From contig JAHQWK010000030.1 of assembly GCA_029856145.1 (NCBI GenBank), positions 9,261 to 73,260 of the forward strand: a DNA stretch of 64,000 nt, read 5' to 3'. The notes under the pieces were generated by a model. It did not search any database, was not told the DNA's origin, and saw nothing but the letters and a program-made list of their open reading frames with translations. This DNA is from Promethearchaeia archaeon. Its GTDB lineage: Archaea; Asgardarchaeota; Lokiarchaeia; Sigyniarchaeales; SOKP01. The translations under genes and the position numbers were made by a program. This document shows positions 29,378 through 40,080 of the stretch, one piece after another (the stretch's first letter is position 1; each line of letters opens with the position of its first letter).

Positions 29378-30814
29378 TTGATTGGAATTAAATCATATGG
29401 AGCTTATTTACCTAAGTATTTATTACCTAGGGATTTAATTGCTAAGGCTTGGGATTTTCCGTCTATGCCGGGTACTAAAGCACTAGCTAATGCTGACGAA
29501 GACAGCATTACAATGGGAGTTGAGGCTGGTTTGGATTGTTTATATGGGATTGACCCTAAAACTATTGATGGTCTTTTCTATGCTACAACCACTCAGGTTT
29601 ATACTGAAAAAAATTCAGCATCGTTTATTGCTAACGTCTTGGATTTAAGGGATGATATTGTAACTACAGACTTCACAGACTCGTTAAGGGCAGGGACAAC
29701 TGCAGTATGCAGAGCAGTAGATACTATAAAAGCAAATAATGATATAAAAAGGATTCTTGTTATTGCTGCTGATACTAGAGAACCTGAACCAGGAACATTT
29801 TGGGAATACGGTTTATCTGATGGTGCTGCTGCCTTACTTATTGCCGAAGAAGATTTACTACCAATCTCAATTGAGGATTACTATTCAGTTTCGGCAAATG
29901 TTACTGGTCCTTGGAAAAATGTTGGAGATAAATTCATTAAAACATTTCAGGATAAAATGGATAATAAATTTTATTTTCAAAGCTTAACAAAAGTTATAAC
30001 TGTACTTTTAGAAAAAAATAATCTAAAACCTGAAGAAATTGCTACTGCTGCATATCATTATCATGATCCTAGGGTACTTGGCGGAGTCGCGAAGATGGTG
30101 AAATTTCCTCCAGGGGTTGCTCAAAATGGGTTATTCCTTCAAATAGGTTGTACTGGAACTCCAATGGCATTCTTACTTTTAATAGCTGCTCTGAGAAGAC
30201 CTAAACCTGATGCAAAAATAATTTTCGCAGGGTATGGCGATGGAGCAGATGCGATTTTATTACAAGTAAGAGATAAAAACCTTTTAAAAGACGCTTCAAA
30301 AGGTCGAATGGGTTTATTAAAACATCAGAAATCGATGAAACCAATAGAAAATTATAATACATTGATTGAAAATAAGAAGCTTATTGAAAGAAATAGATAT
30401 ACAAGAAGGAGTTCGGCTGTTACAATCTGGCGTGACACGAAATCTTTATATCAGATGTATGGGATTAAATGCAAAAAATGCGGAACTATTCAATATCCAA
30501 TGATGTATAAGAGTTGTTATAATTGCAGAACAGATGACCAGTTTGATCTTATAAAACTTGCTTTAAAGGGTACTGTTTTTACTTATACCTTAGATCATTT
30601 ATATGGAGGTGCTTACTTAAATACTCCTGTTCCGAGATGTGTAATTGATCTGGAGGGTGGTGGTCGTGTAATGTTAGATATGACTGAAATTGAAAAACCA
30701 GAGGAAAATGTCAAAATTGATATGCCTGTTGAATTAACCTTTCGGTTAATGCATGAAGGTGGAGGATTTCGTAATTATTATTGGAAATGCCGCCCTGTGA
30801 GGGGGAGGCCTTAA
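29378..30814 (+). CDS. HMG-CoA-synthase-like domain fused to a DUF35 zinc-ribbon/OB-fold
   Basis: IGIKSYGAYLP, DEDSITM, GYGDG; C-terminal CKKCGTIQYP..CYNC, GTVFTYT, VELTFR, YYWK. Confidence 0.88.
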   Translation: MIGIKSYGAYLPKYLLPRDLIAKAWDFPSMPGTKALANADEDSITMGVEAGLDCLYGIDPKTIDGLFYATTTQVYTEKNSASFIANVLDLRDDIVTTDFTDSLRAGTTAVCRAVDTIKANNDIKRILVIAADTREPEPGTFWEYGLSDGAAALLIAEEDLLPISIEDYYSVSANVTGPWKNVGDKFIKTFQDKMDNKFYFQSLTKVITVLLEKNNLKPEEIATAAYHYHDPRVLGGVAKMVKFPPGVAQNGLFLQIGCTGTPMAFLLLIAALRRPKPDAKIIFAGYGDGADAILLQVRDKNLLKDASKGRMGLLKHQKSMKPIENYNTLIENKKLIERNRYTRRSSAVTIWRDTKSLYQMYGIKCKKCGTIQYPMMYKSCYNCRTDDQFDLIKLALKGTVFTYTLDHLYGGAYLNTPVPRCVIDLEGGGRVMLDMTEIEKPEENVKIDMPVELTFRLMHEGGGFRNYYWKCRPVRGRP

Positions 30815-30829
30815 AAGAGGTGAAAAAAA

Positions 30830-32005
30830 ATGGTTAGAAAAGGAATTGCAGATAAAATTGCTATAATAGGGTGCGACGCAACAAAATTTGGTGAATTATG
30901 GGACAAAAATCAATATGATTTACTCTTCGAGGCAGTTCAAGGTGCTAATAAAGATGCGGGGATAACTAAGGATGAGATAGATGCGGTTTGGGTTGGAATA
31001 TTTTATTTCTTTACAGGACTTTCAGGTGCTACAGTAGAAGATATTTTAAGATTAGATGGTAAACCAATTACTAGAACGGAAAATTATTGTGCTTCGGGGA
31101 TGGATGCTTTCAGAAATGCGTGCTTTGCTCTTGCTAGTGGTGCCTATGATGTTGTTCTCGCTTGTGGTGTGGAAAAACTAATGGATGAGTCCTCTAGTGG
31201 ATTACCCGGCTTTGATTTATTTGGCCATCCAACATTACCTATACCTTCTGCCCCTGCGATGTTTAGCATGGCAGCAACAAGATCTTTTCATGAATGGGGT
31301 TGGAGTAAGGAAGATTTAGCTCGAGTTGCTGTTAAAAACCACGATAACGGATCTCATCATCCTAAAGCACATTTTCGAAGACCAACTACAATTGAAAAAG
31401 TAATGAGGGATGTTATGATTGCGGACCCATTGGGGCGTAGCGATTGTTGTGCTATGAGTGATGGTGCTGCAGCACTGATTTTAACAAGAGTAGAAGATGC
31501 TCCAAGTTATGCTCATTCAGATGACTACATTGTTGTAAAAGCGAATGCTATATCTTGTCAAACAAATACTCCTTGGTATCAGCCATCCCATACCTTCACA
31601 AAATTCCCAGCAACACTAAAGGCAGGGGAAATGGCCTATAAAGAAGCAGGGATTACAAATCCTAGAAAACAAATTGATTGTGCAGAAGTCCATGATTGTT
31701 TTACAATTACTGAACTTTTAAACTGTCAAGATTTAAAGTTTTGCGACAGTGGAATGGCAGCTGAAGAATTAAAGAATGGTACATTTAATTGGGATGGTGA
31801 AACTGCTGTTAATCCCTCTGGAGGCTTAAAAGCCTTCGGACATCCAATAGGTGCTACTGGCTGTAGAATGTTACAAGAAGTAACAAAACAACTTCAAGGA
31901 AGAGCAGAAGGAAGACAAGTGCCAGATGCTAAAATAGGATTAGCACATAACCTTGGTGGAGCATTTTGCGTTTGTAGCGTTAGTATTTTAGGTCAAGCAG
32001 ATTGA
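30830..32005 (+). CDS. Thiolase (acetyl-CoA acyltransferase, SCP2/archaeal type)
   Basis: ENYCASG, GVEK, SDGAAA, EVHDCF, NPSGGL, GHPIGATG, HNLGG. Confidence 0.94.
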   Translation: MVRKGIADKIAIIGCDATKFGELWDKNQYDLLFEAVQGANKDAGITKDEIDAVWVGIFYFFTGLSGATVEDILRLDGKPITRTENYCASGMDAFRNACFALASGAYDVVLACGVEKLMDESSSGLPGFDLFGHPTLPIPSAPAMFSMAATRSFHEWGWSKEDLARVAVKNHDNGSHHPKAHFRRPTTIEKVMRDVMIADPLGRSDCCAMSDGAAALILTRVEDAPSYAHSDDYIVVKANAISCQTNTPWYQPSHTFTKFPATLKAGEMAYKEAGITNPRKQIDCAEVHDCFTITELLNCQDLKFCDSGMAAEELKNGTFNWDGETAVNPSGGLKAFGHPIGATGCRMLQEVTKQLQGRAEGRQVPDAKIGLAHNLGGAFCVCSVSILGQAD

Positions 32006-32038
32006 GATATTAAAATTAAACTTATTTTTCTTTTTATT

Positions 32039-32737
32039 TCATTTAAAATCTTTAAACCTAGTCTTTAAATTAGAGTGAATAGATTTGTATAAAACGCTTT
32101 CACTTTCTACTAAATTATTTTCTTCCAAAATCATTTTTGCTTTTTTAAAGTTTTTTTTTGCTTTTCCAAAGGATGAGCTTCCTAGATTATAATCTATTGT
32201 TATAAGTTTATCAACTCCATATGCATCGTTTAGGGGTATTTTATTGATATAAGTTAAACCAATTTGATTGTAGATCTTTGCTTGTTCAGCATGCAAACCC
32301 ATTTCTTCATATATCTTTTCAGCCTTCTTAAAGTGGTTAATGGCTTGTTTAAACTTATCTTGAAGATGTTTCACTCTTCCTAATTTAAAATGATTTTCAG
32401 CTAATATCCCATAAAATTTTTTTTTGGTTGCTTTTTTAATAGAAGAGTTATAAGCTTCATATGCTTCGTCAAGCAACCCAAGTTCAAAATTGAAGTCTCC
32501 CAAATATTTATAAAATTCATGAAGATTCTGAGAAGCAGAACTTTTTTTACTAAGCTCTATTGCTTCTTGAACATATTTTAAACCTAACTCATTAGCTTTA
32601 ATTTCATAGCATAATTCACCTAGTTTTAATAAAAAATGAAAGATTTCCGAAATACTACCTGAATTTTTAGCAATTTCTAAAGCTTTCTCCAAATTTTTTA
32701 ACTTTTCATATGGTTTTTCTTCATTTGGATTACTCAT
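32039..32737 (-). CDS. Tetratricopeptide-repeat protein
   Basis: Repeated LG..Y...A..Y..A helical units. Confidence 0.8.
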   Translation of the reverse strand: MSNPNEEKPYEKLKNLEKALEIAKNSGSISEIFHFLLKLGELCYEIKANELGLKYVQEAIELSKKSSASQNLHEFYKYLGDFNFELGLLDEAYEAYNSSIKKATKKKFYGILAENHFKLGRVKHLQDKFKQAINHFKKAEKIYEEMGLHAEQAKIYNQIGLTYINKIPLNDAYGVDKLITIDYNLGSSSFGKAKKNFKKAKMILEENNLVESESVLYKSIHSNLKTRFKDFK

Positions 32738-32902
32738 ATAGAACACTAATATGAATTATAAATAAAATAATTTAAAACTTCTCATATAAAGAACTATTAA
32801 ATTTACTATCTCATTAGGTATTAAGTTTTTTCAATAAGTATTATAGGGAAAACTGAATAATAAAGAAAAAAAAAGATGTATTAGATTTTTAAGACTAGAC
32901 TT

Positions 32903-33277
32903 TTATTCAAGTCCTATTTTCGCAGCGTACTTTACTATAAGAAATATTATAAGCGCTATAATTATGAAATTGATGAAAGCTGCTATGAAATTTCCTATCC
33001 CAAATACACCAATTCTAATATCCTGAATACTTTCAAAACCAGGGATAAATATTCCGATTATTGGTGTTATTATATCTTGAGCTAATGATATAATTAGCGC
33101 ATTTACAGCGAGACCGAGAATAAACGCTGAAGCTAATCCAAGAACTTTATATTTCTTGATAAATTGTAAAAATTCAGCAGCAAGATTCTTTGGTTTTTTT
33201 GGTTCAGGTTCTGGTTTTGGAGTCAAGAGTTCGCGAATTTTCTTTAATTCATCTAACATATCATTTTCTTTTGACAT
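32903..33277 (-). CDS. mscL: Large-conductance mechanosensitive channel
   Basis: EFLQFI..YKVLGLASAFILG, DIITPII, GNFIAAFINFIIIA. Confidence 0.9.
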   Translation of the reverse strand: MSKENDMLDELKKIRELLTPKPEPEPKKPKNLAAEFLQFIKKYKVLGLASAFILGLAVNALIISLAQDIITPIIGIFIPGFESIQDIRIGVFGIGNFIAAFINFIIIALIIFLIVKYAAKIGLE

Positions 33278-33410
33278 ACTATTTTTCTCCTTAATTTAAC
33301 TTTTTATGAAATTTCTATATATATAAAAATATTGTAAGTTATGATTTTTTCACGATTATTTAAAACTTATCTCTATTTTTTAGAAAAAGGAATTCTTATA
33401 GAACTTGTTC

Positions 33411-34046
33411 TTAAAAAAATAAGTCCATTATGTCATATAATTCGATAAGTTTCTCTATAGTAAGATTTGCTTCTGCCTTTAGATCATCTAAAGTTTTGTT
33501 TAAGAGAGATTTTTGCTCTTTCCAAAACACGGTATAAATCAATCCAAGATACTTTCCATAGACTAATAACCCTCCTTCGAAATCGGAATCTCTTTCTATG
33601 GATATTGCTCCAAAAGTATTATCTTCTTCATACTCAGTTAAGAAATCAACTAAAGATAAATAAAATTTAGAACTCAAAAATGCCCTATCTGAAACACTAG
33701 CTACTTTATGTTCAAATCCCCTTCCTCCTTTCCGAGGGACTTTAAGATGGTAAAATCTTATATCATCTTTTAACTCATTTATTCGATTTCGAGCATTTTC
33801 AAGTAACTGATCATTAAGAGAAATTTCTTCGTCAGCTTCAACATCATCTATTTTTTGAGAACCTCTATGCTTGCCATTGTTATCTATAAAAGCAATAAAA
33901 GGAGGACAGCTTGAATTATCTGAATGATTTTTTATTAATATTGTAAAAAGACCACTCTTTTTTTCATATTCTACATGCTTTCTGAAACTTTCTTTGCAGT
34001 AAGGACAAATCATATTGATCAAAGTTGAATCTTCATAACTATTCAT
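33411..34046 (-). CDS. Hypothetical protein with an N-terminal CPxC metal-binding motif
   Basis: ICPYCKE...GLFTILI...C..FIAFIDNNGKHRG. Confidence 0.7.
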   Translation of the reverse strand: MNSYEDSTLINMICPYCKESFRKHVEYEKKSGLFTILIKNHSDNSSCPPFIAFIDNNGKHRGSQKIDDVEADEEISLNDQLLENARNRINELKDDIRFYHLKVPRKGGRGFEHKVASVSDRAFLSSKFYLSLVDFLTEYEEDNTFGAISIERDSDFEGGLLVYGKYLGLIYTVFWKEQKSLLNKTLDDLKAEANLTIEKLIELYDIMDLFF

Positions 34047-34214
34047 GTCTTCTCAAAACGATAATCAAGTGAGAATTTATAAATTTTAGTAAAAAGAAAA
34101 AGAATCAAGTACTGATGCATGTTTAGTGGAATTATTTCATTTCTTGATTTATTAAATTGAATTTAATAAAAAATATCAAAAAAATATTTAATTTTAAATT
34201 AATTTCATTTAATT

Positions 34215-35069
34215 ATGAGTAATAAGGGTTTTAATAAATTCAAAGGAGACGTTAAAACTGAGAATGTGAAATATCTTGCTGACCCTCAGCTTAGAAATAT
34301 TGTAAATGTCTCAATAGCTCTAGCACGCCCTTTATTAGTAAAAGGAGAGCCAGGAACCGGAAAAACCATGCTTGCGCATGCCATAGCTGAAAGTCTAAAT
34401 AAAAAATTAATGATTTGGAACATTAAAAGCACAAGTGAGGCCATTGATGGTTGTTACATGTATGATACAGTTCAAAGATTGAATGACAGTAGGTTTGGTT
34501 GTGATGACCGAGATGTTGATAACATTCATGACTATATAACTCTTGGCCCATTGGGAGAGGCTTTTGTTTCTGATGAACAAGTTGTTCTCTTATTAGATGA
34601 GATTGATAAAGCTGATATTGAATTTCCCAATGACCTATTACAAGAATTAGATGTTATGGAATTTTATATTAAAGAAACTAAAGAATTCGTGAAAGCTAAA
34701 ACTAGACCAATTGTAATAATTACATCCAATAATGAGAAAGAATTACCTGATGCTTTCTTAAGAAGATGTGTATTTCATTGGATAGAATTTCCTTCTAAAG
34801 ACTTTATGGCAGATATTTGTAAATTACATTATCCTGACTTAAAGCAACACTTACTGAATCAATGTTTACAACATTTTTATGCATTAAGGGCTATAACAAA
34901 AATGAGAAAAATGCCTTCTACTTCTGAACTTCTTGATTGGATTGGAGTGTTGTTGAAAAGTGGAATCACAATGGAAGAACTGAAAAAAGAAATACCATTC
35001 TTAGGAGTTTTAATTAAAAAGGAAAAAGATTTTGAAATAGCATTGGATAAAGTAAAATTTCCTACATAA
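34215..35069 (+). CDS. MoxR-family AAA+ ATPase (CoxD-like)
   Basis: GEPGTGKT, LLDEIDKAD..FPNDLL, TSNNEKELPDAFLRRC, PSTSELLDW. Confidence 0.93.
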   Translation: MSNKGFNKFKGDVKTENVKYLADPQLRNIVNVSIALARPLLVKGEPGTGKTMLAHAIAESLNKKLMIWNIKSTSEAIDGCYMYDTVQRLNDSRFGCDDRDVDNIHDYITLGPLGEAFVSDEQVVLLLDEIDKADIEFPNDLLQELDVMEFYIKETKEFVKAKTRPIVIITSNNEKELPDAFLRRCVFHWIEFPSKDFMADICKLHYPDLKQHLLNQCLQHFYALRAITKMRKMPSTSELLDWIGVLLKSGITMEELKKEIPFLGVLIKKEKDFEIALDKVKFPT

Positions 35070-35324
35070 AGATAAAATTTCTTTTTCTTATTTCTTGTCA
35101 TTAAACATGAAAAGAATTATGTTTATACTTTCTAATCGCGTCTAAATATAACTTCTTTATTATTTTCATAAAATGGTAAGTTAATCTTGACACAACGTAA
35201 TATCAAGAATAAGAGATACAATGTTTAAAATTCTTTTAAAAGTTGAAATTTAATCTAAAACTATTAGAGTAATTTTCTATCAAAATCTTGAATAAAATAT
35301 TTTAGAAAAATAAGTTAGATTAAA

Positions 35325-36251
35325 ATGGAATCTTATAGTACATATTTAGATTTTAAATATAGATATAGAACAGTTTCTGTTGATCATTTAGAAGAGTTGC
35401 AAGAGGATATCGATAAATTGCGCCGTGAGGGAAAACTCAGCAATAATGAAGTCTATAGGAGCTATATTGATAGTAAAAAGTTTGAAATCCCCGAAAACCT
35501 TCCTAATGCTAAATCGATAATAGTACTTGCGATATTTAGCAAGTTAGCATTAGTAAATTTTCATTTAGATGGTAAAAAACATGAAATTATGATACCCCCA
35601 AATTATTATAATGATGGAACAACATTCGAAGACTTCGAGAGTCTCATATTAAAAGAGATAATAAAGGAACCAGGCTTTAAAATTGAATATACAAATAAAC
35701 TTCATGTAAAATTATTAGCTGTCAGAAGTGGGCTTGGAAAATATGGTAGGAATAATATTTGTTATGTTGATAAATGGGGTAGCATGATAAATTTATTTGC
35801 TTACTTTACGGATTTTCAATTTAAAGAAGATAATTGGACTGAGATGAGAATGATGGACCAGTGTAAAAATTGTTCTATCTGTATTAAAAAATGTCCCACC
35901 GGTGCAATCCCAACACCCTCTGATGAGAATTTTGTAATAAATGCAGGTAAATGCATTTCTGTGTATAATGAAATAAAAGGGATAATTCCTGATTGGGTTC
36001 CTTCTGATGCACATAACGCTTTAATAGGTTGTATGAGATGTCAAAAACTTTGTCCAAGCAATCGCGAAGTAATCGGGTTGACAGAAATATTTGAAGATAT
36101 TACAGAAGAAGAAACTAAAATGATATTAGATGGAATCAGTGATCAGAAATTGGTAGATTCTCTCTCTAAGAAGCTCAAAATGTTCACTCCTTCTGAGGCA
36201 GAACGAGTACTTCCTGTTATTAAAAGAAATCTTTCAGTTTTGGTGCAATAA
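35325..36251 (+). CDS. QueG/epoxyqueuosine reductase-like 2x[4Fe-4S] protein
   Basis: AKSIIV, KLLAVRSGLGKYGRNN, CKNCSICIKKCPTGA, GCMRCQKLCP. Confidence 0.8.
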   Translation: MESYSTYLDFKYRYRTVSVDHLEELQEDIDKLRREGKLSNNEVYRSYIDSKKFEIPENLPNAKSIIVLAIFSKLALVNFHLDGKKHEIMIPPNYYNDGTTFEDFESLILKEIIKEPGFKIEYTNKLHVKLLAVRSGLGKYGRNNICYVDKWGSMINLFAYFTDFQFKEDNWTEMRMMDQCKNCSICIKKCPTGAIPTPSDENFVINAGKCISVYNEIKGIIPDWVPSDAHNALIGCMRCQKLCPSNREVIGLTEIFEDITEEETKMILDGISDQKLVDSLSKKLKMFTPSEAERVLPVIKRNLSVLVQ

Positions 36252-36580
36252 ACTTCTTAGAATTTATTTGGGTTTATTTTAAAATAAATATAAAAATTGT
36301 ATTTTTCAATTTTATTGAAGTAAATTAGTATGGATATGTATAAACTTCTTCAAGATATAAATCAAAAGATGATATGAGTCGACTTACAATATAATCAATA
36401 GATGAATCCGAAATTTTTTCAGCTCTTTTTATCATAGAAACTTTTCTAATAAATTTGAGTTAACAAAAAAAATTAGTTAAATCAGCATAAACTTTAAATA
36501 ATACCAGTTAATTATAATTAATTAATCTCAATTACATTTAATTAAATATAATTATAATAATAAATATCGGTTTAATAAAA

Positions 36581-36736
36581 ATGTCAATTGGTTGGGAAAT
36601 TGGAAAAGAGGCGCAAGAATTAGATGAAAAATCAATTAAAGAAAGAATGAAGATCGAACGGCGTTCTATTAAGAGGGTCGGTTTTGCATTAATCCTTTAT
36701 TCTATAACAATAATATTATTCTACTTCTGTTTATAA
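36581..36736 (+). CDS. Small single-pass membrane protein (51 aa), below the ORF-track cutoff
   Basis: MSIGWEIGKEAQELDEKSIKERMKIERRSIKRVGFALILYSITIILFYFCL; ends 12 bp before the TauE gene. Confidence 0.6.
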   Translation: MSIGWEIGKEAQELDEKSIKERMKIERRSIKRVGFALILYSITIILFYFCL

Positions 36737-36748
36737 GGTTCTACCCTC

Positions 36749-37540
36749 ATGGAATTATTTTTAATTATTATCATTTTAGCCTTTATCTTTGAATCTATGG
36801 ATTCTATGGCTGGTATGGGTTTTGGCACAGCATTATCACCGCTTCTATTCTTATTAGGGTATACTCCACTTCAAGTTGTTCCAACTATCCTCATTTCAGA
36901 AGCAATAACTGGCATAGTTGATACTTTTTTTGATCATGAATTTAAGAATGTTCAATATTCTTTCCGTCCCTTAAATGATGCCACAAAAATAGGGCTAATA
37001 ATGGCTTTCTTTGGATGTATAGCTATATTTATATCGGTTCTTCTAGGCTATTTTGCTATAAAATTCCCTGTTATTGTAATTAAAACCTATGTCGCAATAT
37101 TAGTCCTTTTTATGGGTATTTCAGGATTCATTAGAGTTAAATTAAGAAAAATAGAGTTTTCTAAAACACACCCTAAATTACTTATTGGATTTTCGGCATT
37201 AGCAGGTTTTAATAAGGGAATTGGAGGAGGAGGATACGGCCCCGTAATTACCATGGGACAAATTTTTTCTGGTGTTTATGAAAAAAGCGCAACGGCTATT
37301 GTATCATTCTCAGAATCAATAGTTTCAGTTGTAGGGATTTTGACATTTTTTTTAGTTAGTTTTGCAGGTGTCCAAATAGATTTGGTTCTTTTACCATCAA
37401 TATTTACAGGAGGGTTTATAGCAGCGCTTTCAGCCCCATATTTAGTAAGGGTACTACCAAATAAAATTTGGAAATATTTCATACCATCATATGCATTTGG
37501 AATTGGAATATTTTTATTAGTAAAAATAATAATGCTATAA
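36749..37540 (+). CDS. TauE/SafE-family sulfite exporter-like membrane protein
   Basis: DSMAGMGFGT..SP, GFNKGIGGGGYGP, multiple TM helices. Confidence 0.88.
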   Translation: MELFLIIIILAFIFESMDSMAGMGFGTALSPLLFLLGYTPLQVVPTILISEAITGIVDTFFDHEFKNVQYSFRPLNDATKIGLIMAFFGCIAIFISVLLGYFAIKFPVIVIKTYVAILVLFMGISGFIRVKLRKIEFSKTHPKLLIGFSALAGFNKGIGGGGYGPVITMGQIFSGVYEKSATAIVSFSESIVSVVGILTFFLVSFAGVQIDLVLLPSIFTGGFIAALSAPYLVRVLPNKIWKYFIPSYAFGIGIFLLVKIIML

Positions 37541-37699
37541 ATTGTAATCTCTAATAAGGTGTCCAAATTAATTTTAACTCGACTAAAGATTATAATAAAA
37601 GGAAAAAAAAGAATCTCAAGATTAATTTATGTCTAGGTTAAAAAATGAATAATTTGAAATATCACTACAAAAAAGACCAATCCACATACTAATCCAACT

Positions 37700-38149
37700 C
37701 TATCTTACAACCAATACATCACATCGAGCATATTTTACAACTTTAGTCGAGACAGTCCCCAATAACACTTCTTTTATCTTAGAATGGTATCCCTTTGAAC
37801 CCAAAACTACAAGATCAAAATTCTCTTTTTCAACAATTCGTGCAATATATTCCTCAGGCGATTCATCCTCAATTAAGCGAGTTTCGGCGGGAAGTTGTGA
37901 TTTATCGAAAACCTTTTTAGTCTTTTCAAGTAAAACTTCTCCTGCTTTTTTACTAACTTCTTCAATATTACAATAAATTTTTACAGGAAGAAATGCGTCA
38001 GGATATAATGATTTTGGAAGTTTATGATGTTTTATTGAATGAAATATCACCACCTTGCAATTCCATAACTTTTGGAATTCTAGAACTTGTTCAGTTGCAT
38101 TATTGGAATGGAATGACCCATCAACGGCAAGTAAAATCTTTTTATATAT
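37700..38149 (-). CDS. Universal stress protein; probable AUA start
   Basis: (I)YKKILLAVDGS, DLVVLGSKG, LLGTVSTKVV..A.CDVLVVR. AGGTGA lies 5 nt before ATA at 38149. Confidence 0.88.
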   Translation of the reverse strand: MYKKILLAVDGSFHSNNATEQVLEFQKLWNCKVVIFHSIKHHKLPKSLYPDAFLPVKIYCNIEEVSKKAGEVLLEKTKKVFDKSQLPAETRLIEDESPEEYIARIVEKENFDLVVLGSKGYHSKIKEVLLGTVSTKVVKYARCDVLVVR

Positions 38150-38181
38150 CTTTATCACCTTGAATTGATTAATTATTAAAC

Positions 38182-38373
38182 TTAATCCTTCAACTTCGCG
38201 AAGCAATCTTCACAAAAAAAAATCCTTCGTACTTTAGTAGCATCCCAAACCATATGACCTGATTTATGCTTCGTTTCGCAACCCCAACACAGTTTAAATA
38301 CTTTAGTATCAACAAGATAAACATCTTCTGCTTTAAAAATATCGTCTTTTATTATCTCTTTATAACTTTTCAA
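38182..38373 (-). CDS. Small zinc-finger-like protein
   Basis: CWGC and FCEDC; TTG start after GAGTTG. Confidence 0.6.
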   Translation of the reverse strand: MKSYKEIIKDDIFKAEDVYLVDTKVFKLCWGCETKHKSGHMVWDATKVRRIFFCEDCFAKLKD

Positions 38374-38403
38374 TTTTTTAACAACTCATTTCTATATTGA
38401 TTT

Positions 38404-38532
38404 TGAATGAATATTCAATATTATAGACTATGTAATATATATCAGTACAGCAATTTAAGAGTTGTGAATAATCATTCAATTTGTAGTTATAAATGCTAAT
38501 CATTAAATTTAAGTTTTAAGAATAATTATTCA
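38404..38532. promoter_or_regulatory. Three TGAAT-N4-ATTCA palindromic operator sites
   Basis: TGAATGAATATTCA 38404-38417, TGAATAATCATTCA 38465-38478, AGAATAATTATTCA 38519-38532, in a divergent intergenic region. Confidence 0.7.
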
Positions 38533-38593
38533 CAAACCATAATTGTTTTTTTTAAAAATTTAAAAAACAATAATAAGAATATGTGTGAGAAAT

Positions 38594-38974
38594 ATGAATA
38601 GAATAATTGGAATTCCTTCTGATGGCCCTGAAACTTCTGATAGCATATCACCCCATTTTGGACATTGTAGCTATTTCGTTGGAATTGAAATCTATGATGA
38701 TGGTAAGTTCAAAAAGGTTTTTGCATTACCTAATGGTGGTGATTCTGGCTGTAAGGAACCGGTTATGAACATGAAACAAAAAAATGTTACCGATATGATT
38801 TTAACTGGTATAGGGATGCGTCCATTCATGGGTTTTCAACAAGTTAACATAAATTTATTTCAAGGTGTCAATGGAAGCATTGAAAGAAATGTGAGAATGT
38901 TATTAGATGACCAATTAACATCTTTAAACAACTCTAGCTGTGGAGATAACTCAGAACATGCTCACACTCATTAA
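38594..38974 (+). CDS. NifB/NifX-family FeMo-cofactor-binding-like protein
   Basis: IGIPSDG, ISPHFGHCSYF, GIGMRP, His-rich tail. Confidence 0.85.
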   Translation: MNRIIGIPSDGPETSDSISPHFGHCSYFVGIEIYDDGKFKKVFALPNGGDSGCKEPVMNMKQKNVTDMILTGIGMRPFMGFQQVNINLFQGVNGSIERNVRMLLDDQLTSLNNSSCGDNSEHAHTH

Positions 38975-39014
38975 TTTGAAATAAAAAATTATATTTTAAA
39001 ATAGATGAATTTAA

Positions 39015-39515
39015 ATGCCAAGTTTTAAAGAAACATATGAAGCCATTAAGGCAGATTGGAATGCTGGTGAAAAAAATTTCAATGTAAAGTGTTCAATGCT
39101 TAATGAGGGAATGCAGTGTGAAGTTACTATGGGCGCAAAACCACATGTAATGATAATTGATGCCCCGGGTGGATTAGATGGTACTGATGAGGGGCCTTCT
39201 CCGTTATTAGCAATTTTAGGAGCCATTGGTGCTTGCATTATAGCAGTAACAAAATTTTGGGCAAAAATAATGGATATTAAGATTAATGAACTTGAAGTTT
39301 TTTCACGAGGACATATCAACCTAGGTGCTCTCTTTGGGATTGATGATTCAAAATTAGCAGGTTATGATAAACTTGAACCTGTCATTAGAATTAAAGCAGA
39401 TGCTCCCGAAGAAAAAATCAACGAATTGATGGATAAAGTTCTCACCCATTGCCCTGTAATTACTAATTTTAATGGAGCTTCTCCAATCAAACCAAAGGTT
39501 CAGATTAAAAAATAA
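39015..39515 (+). CDS. OsmC-family protein
   Basis: IDAP..LDGTDEGPSP, LGAIGAC, HCPV. Confidence 0.88.
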   Translation: MPSFKETYEAIKADWNAGEKNFNVKCSMLNEGMQCEVTMGAKPHVMIIDAPGGLDGTDEGPSPLLAILGAIGACIIAVTKFWAKIMDIKINELEVFSRGHINLGALFGIDDSKLAGYDKLEPVIRIKADAPEEKINELMDKVLTHCPVITNFNGASPIKPKVQIKK

Positions 39516-39581
39516 ATAATATTCTCAATTTTTTTTTATTTTAAATTAGAAAGTAATTTCTTTAATTTATATAAAATTATC

Positions 39582-40019
39582 ATGGAAGATGAGAAACTAT
39601 TTCCTATATATATTAATCCAAATTTATGCGTATTATGTCAGCGATGCATGTATAGCTGTCCAAGTAAAGCCATTTTTTTTAGAAATTCACTCCGATATGT
39701 GAATTATGATAAATGTCAAGGATGCTTAAAATGTGTAGATGTATGTGAGCATGGTGCCATTGAGGTTATCTCGATTAAGGAAGGGAAATTAACAGGTTTT
39801 CACATTGATCAAGATAAATGCGAATTATGTAAACTCTGTCTAGAGGAGGATTTCTGCTTTCAAAATTTATTTGAACTGAAAAAAAATAAAAATACTGATA
39901 ATGAGTGGATTGAATTTCGGAAAGAAAATCTTTCAAATTGCTTCAAATGCTTAAAATGTTTTAAAAATTGTCCAAACAATGCAATAATTCCTGAAATTAT
40001 CAATAAAATTATTAGTTAG
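39582..40019 (+). CDS. Polyferredoxin-like 4Fe-4S protein
   Basis: Four CxxCxxC motifs. Confidence 0.88.
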   Translation: MEDEKLFPIYINPNLCVLCQRCMYSCPSKAIFFRNSLRYVNYDKCQGCLKCVDVCEHGAIEVISIKEGKLTGFHIDQDKCELCKLCLEEDFCFQNLFELKKNKNTDNEWIEFRKENLSNCFKCLKCFKNCPNNAIIPEIINKIIS

Positions 40020-40080
40020 CAAAATTATTATTCTCGATATAATAACTATAATAAAACTAGGTTGAAGGCTATAAGCAAAA

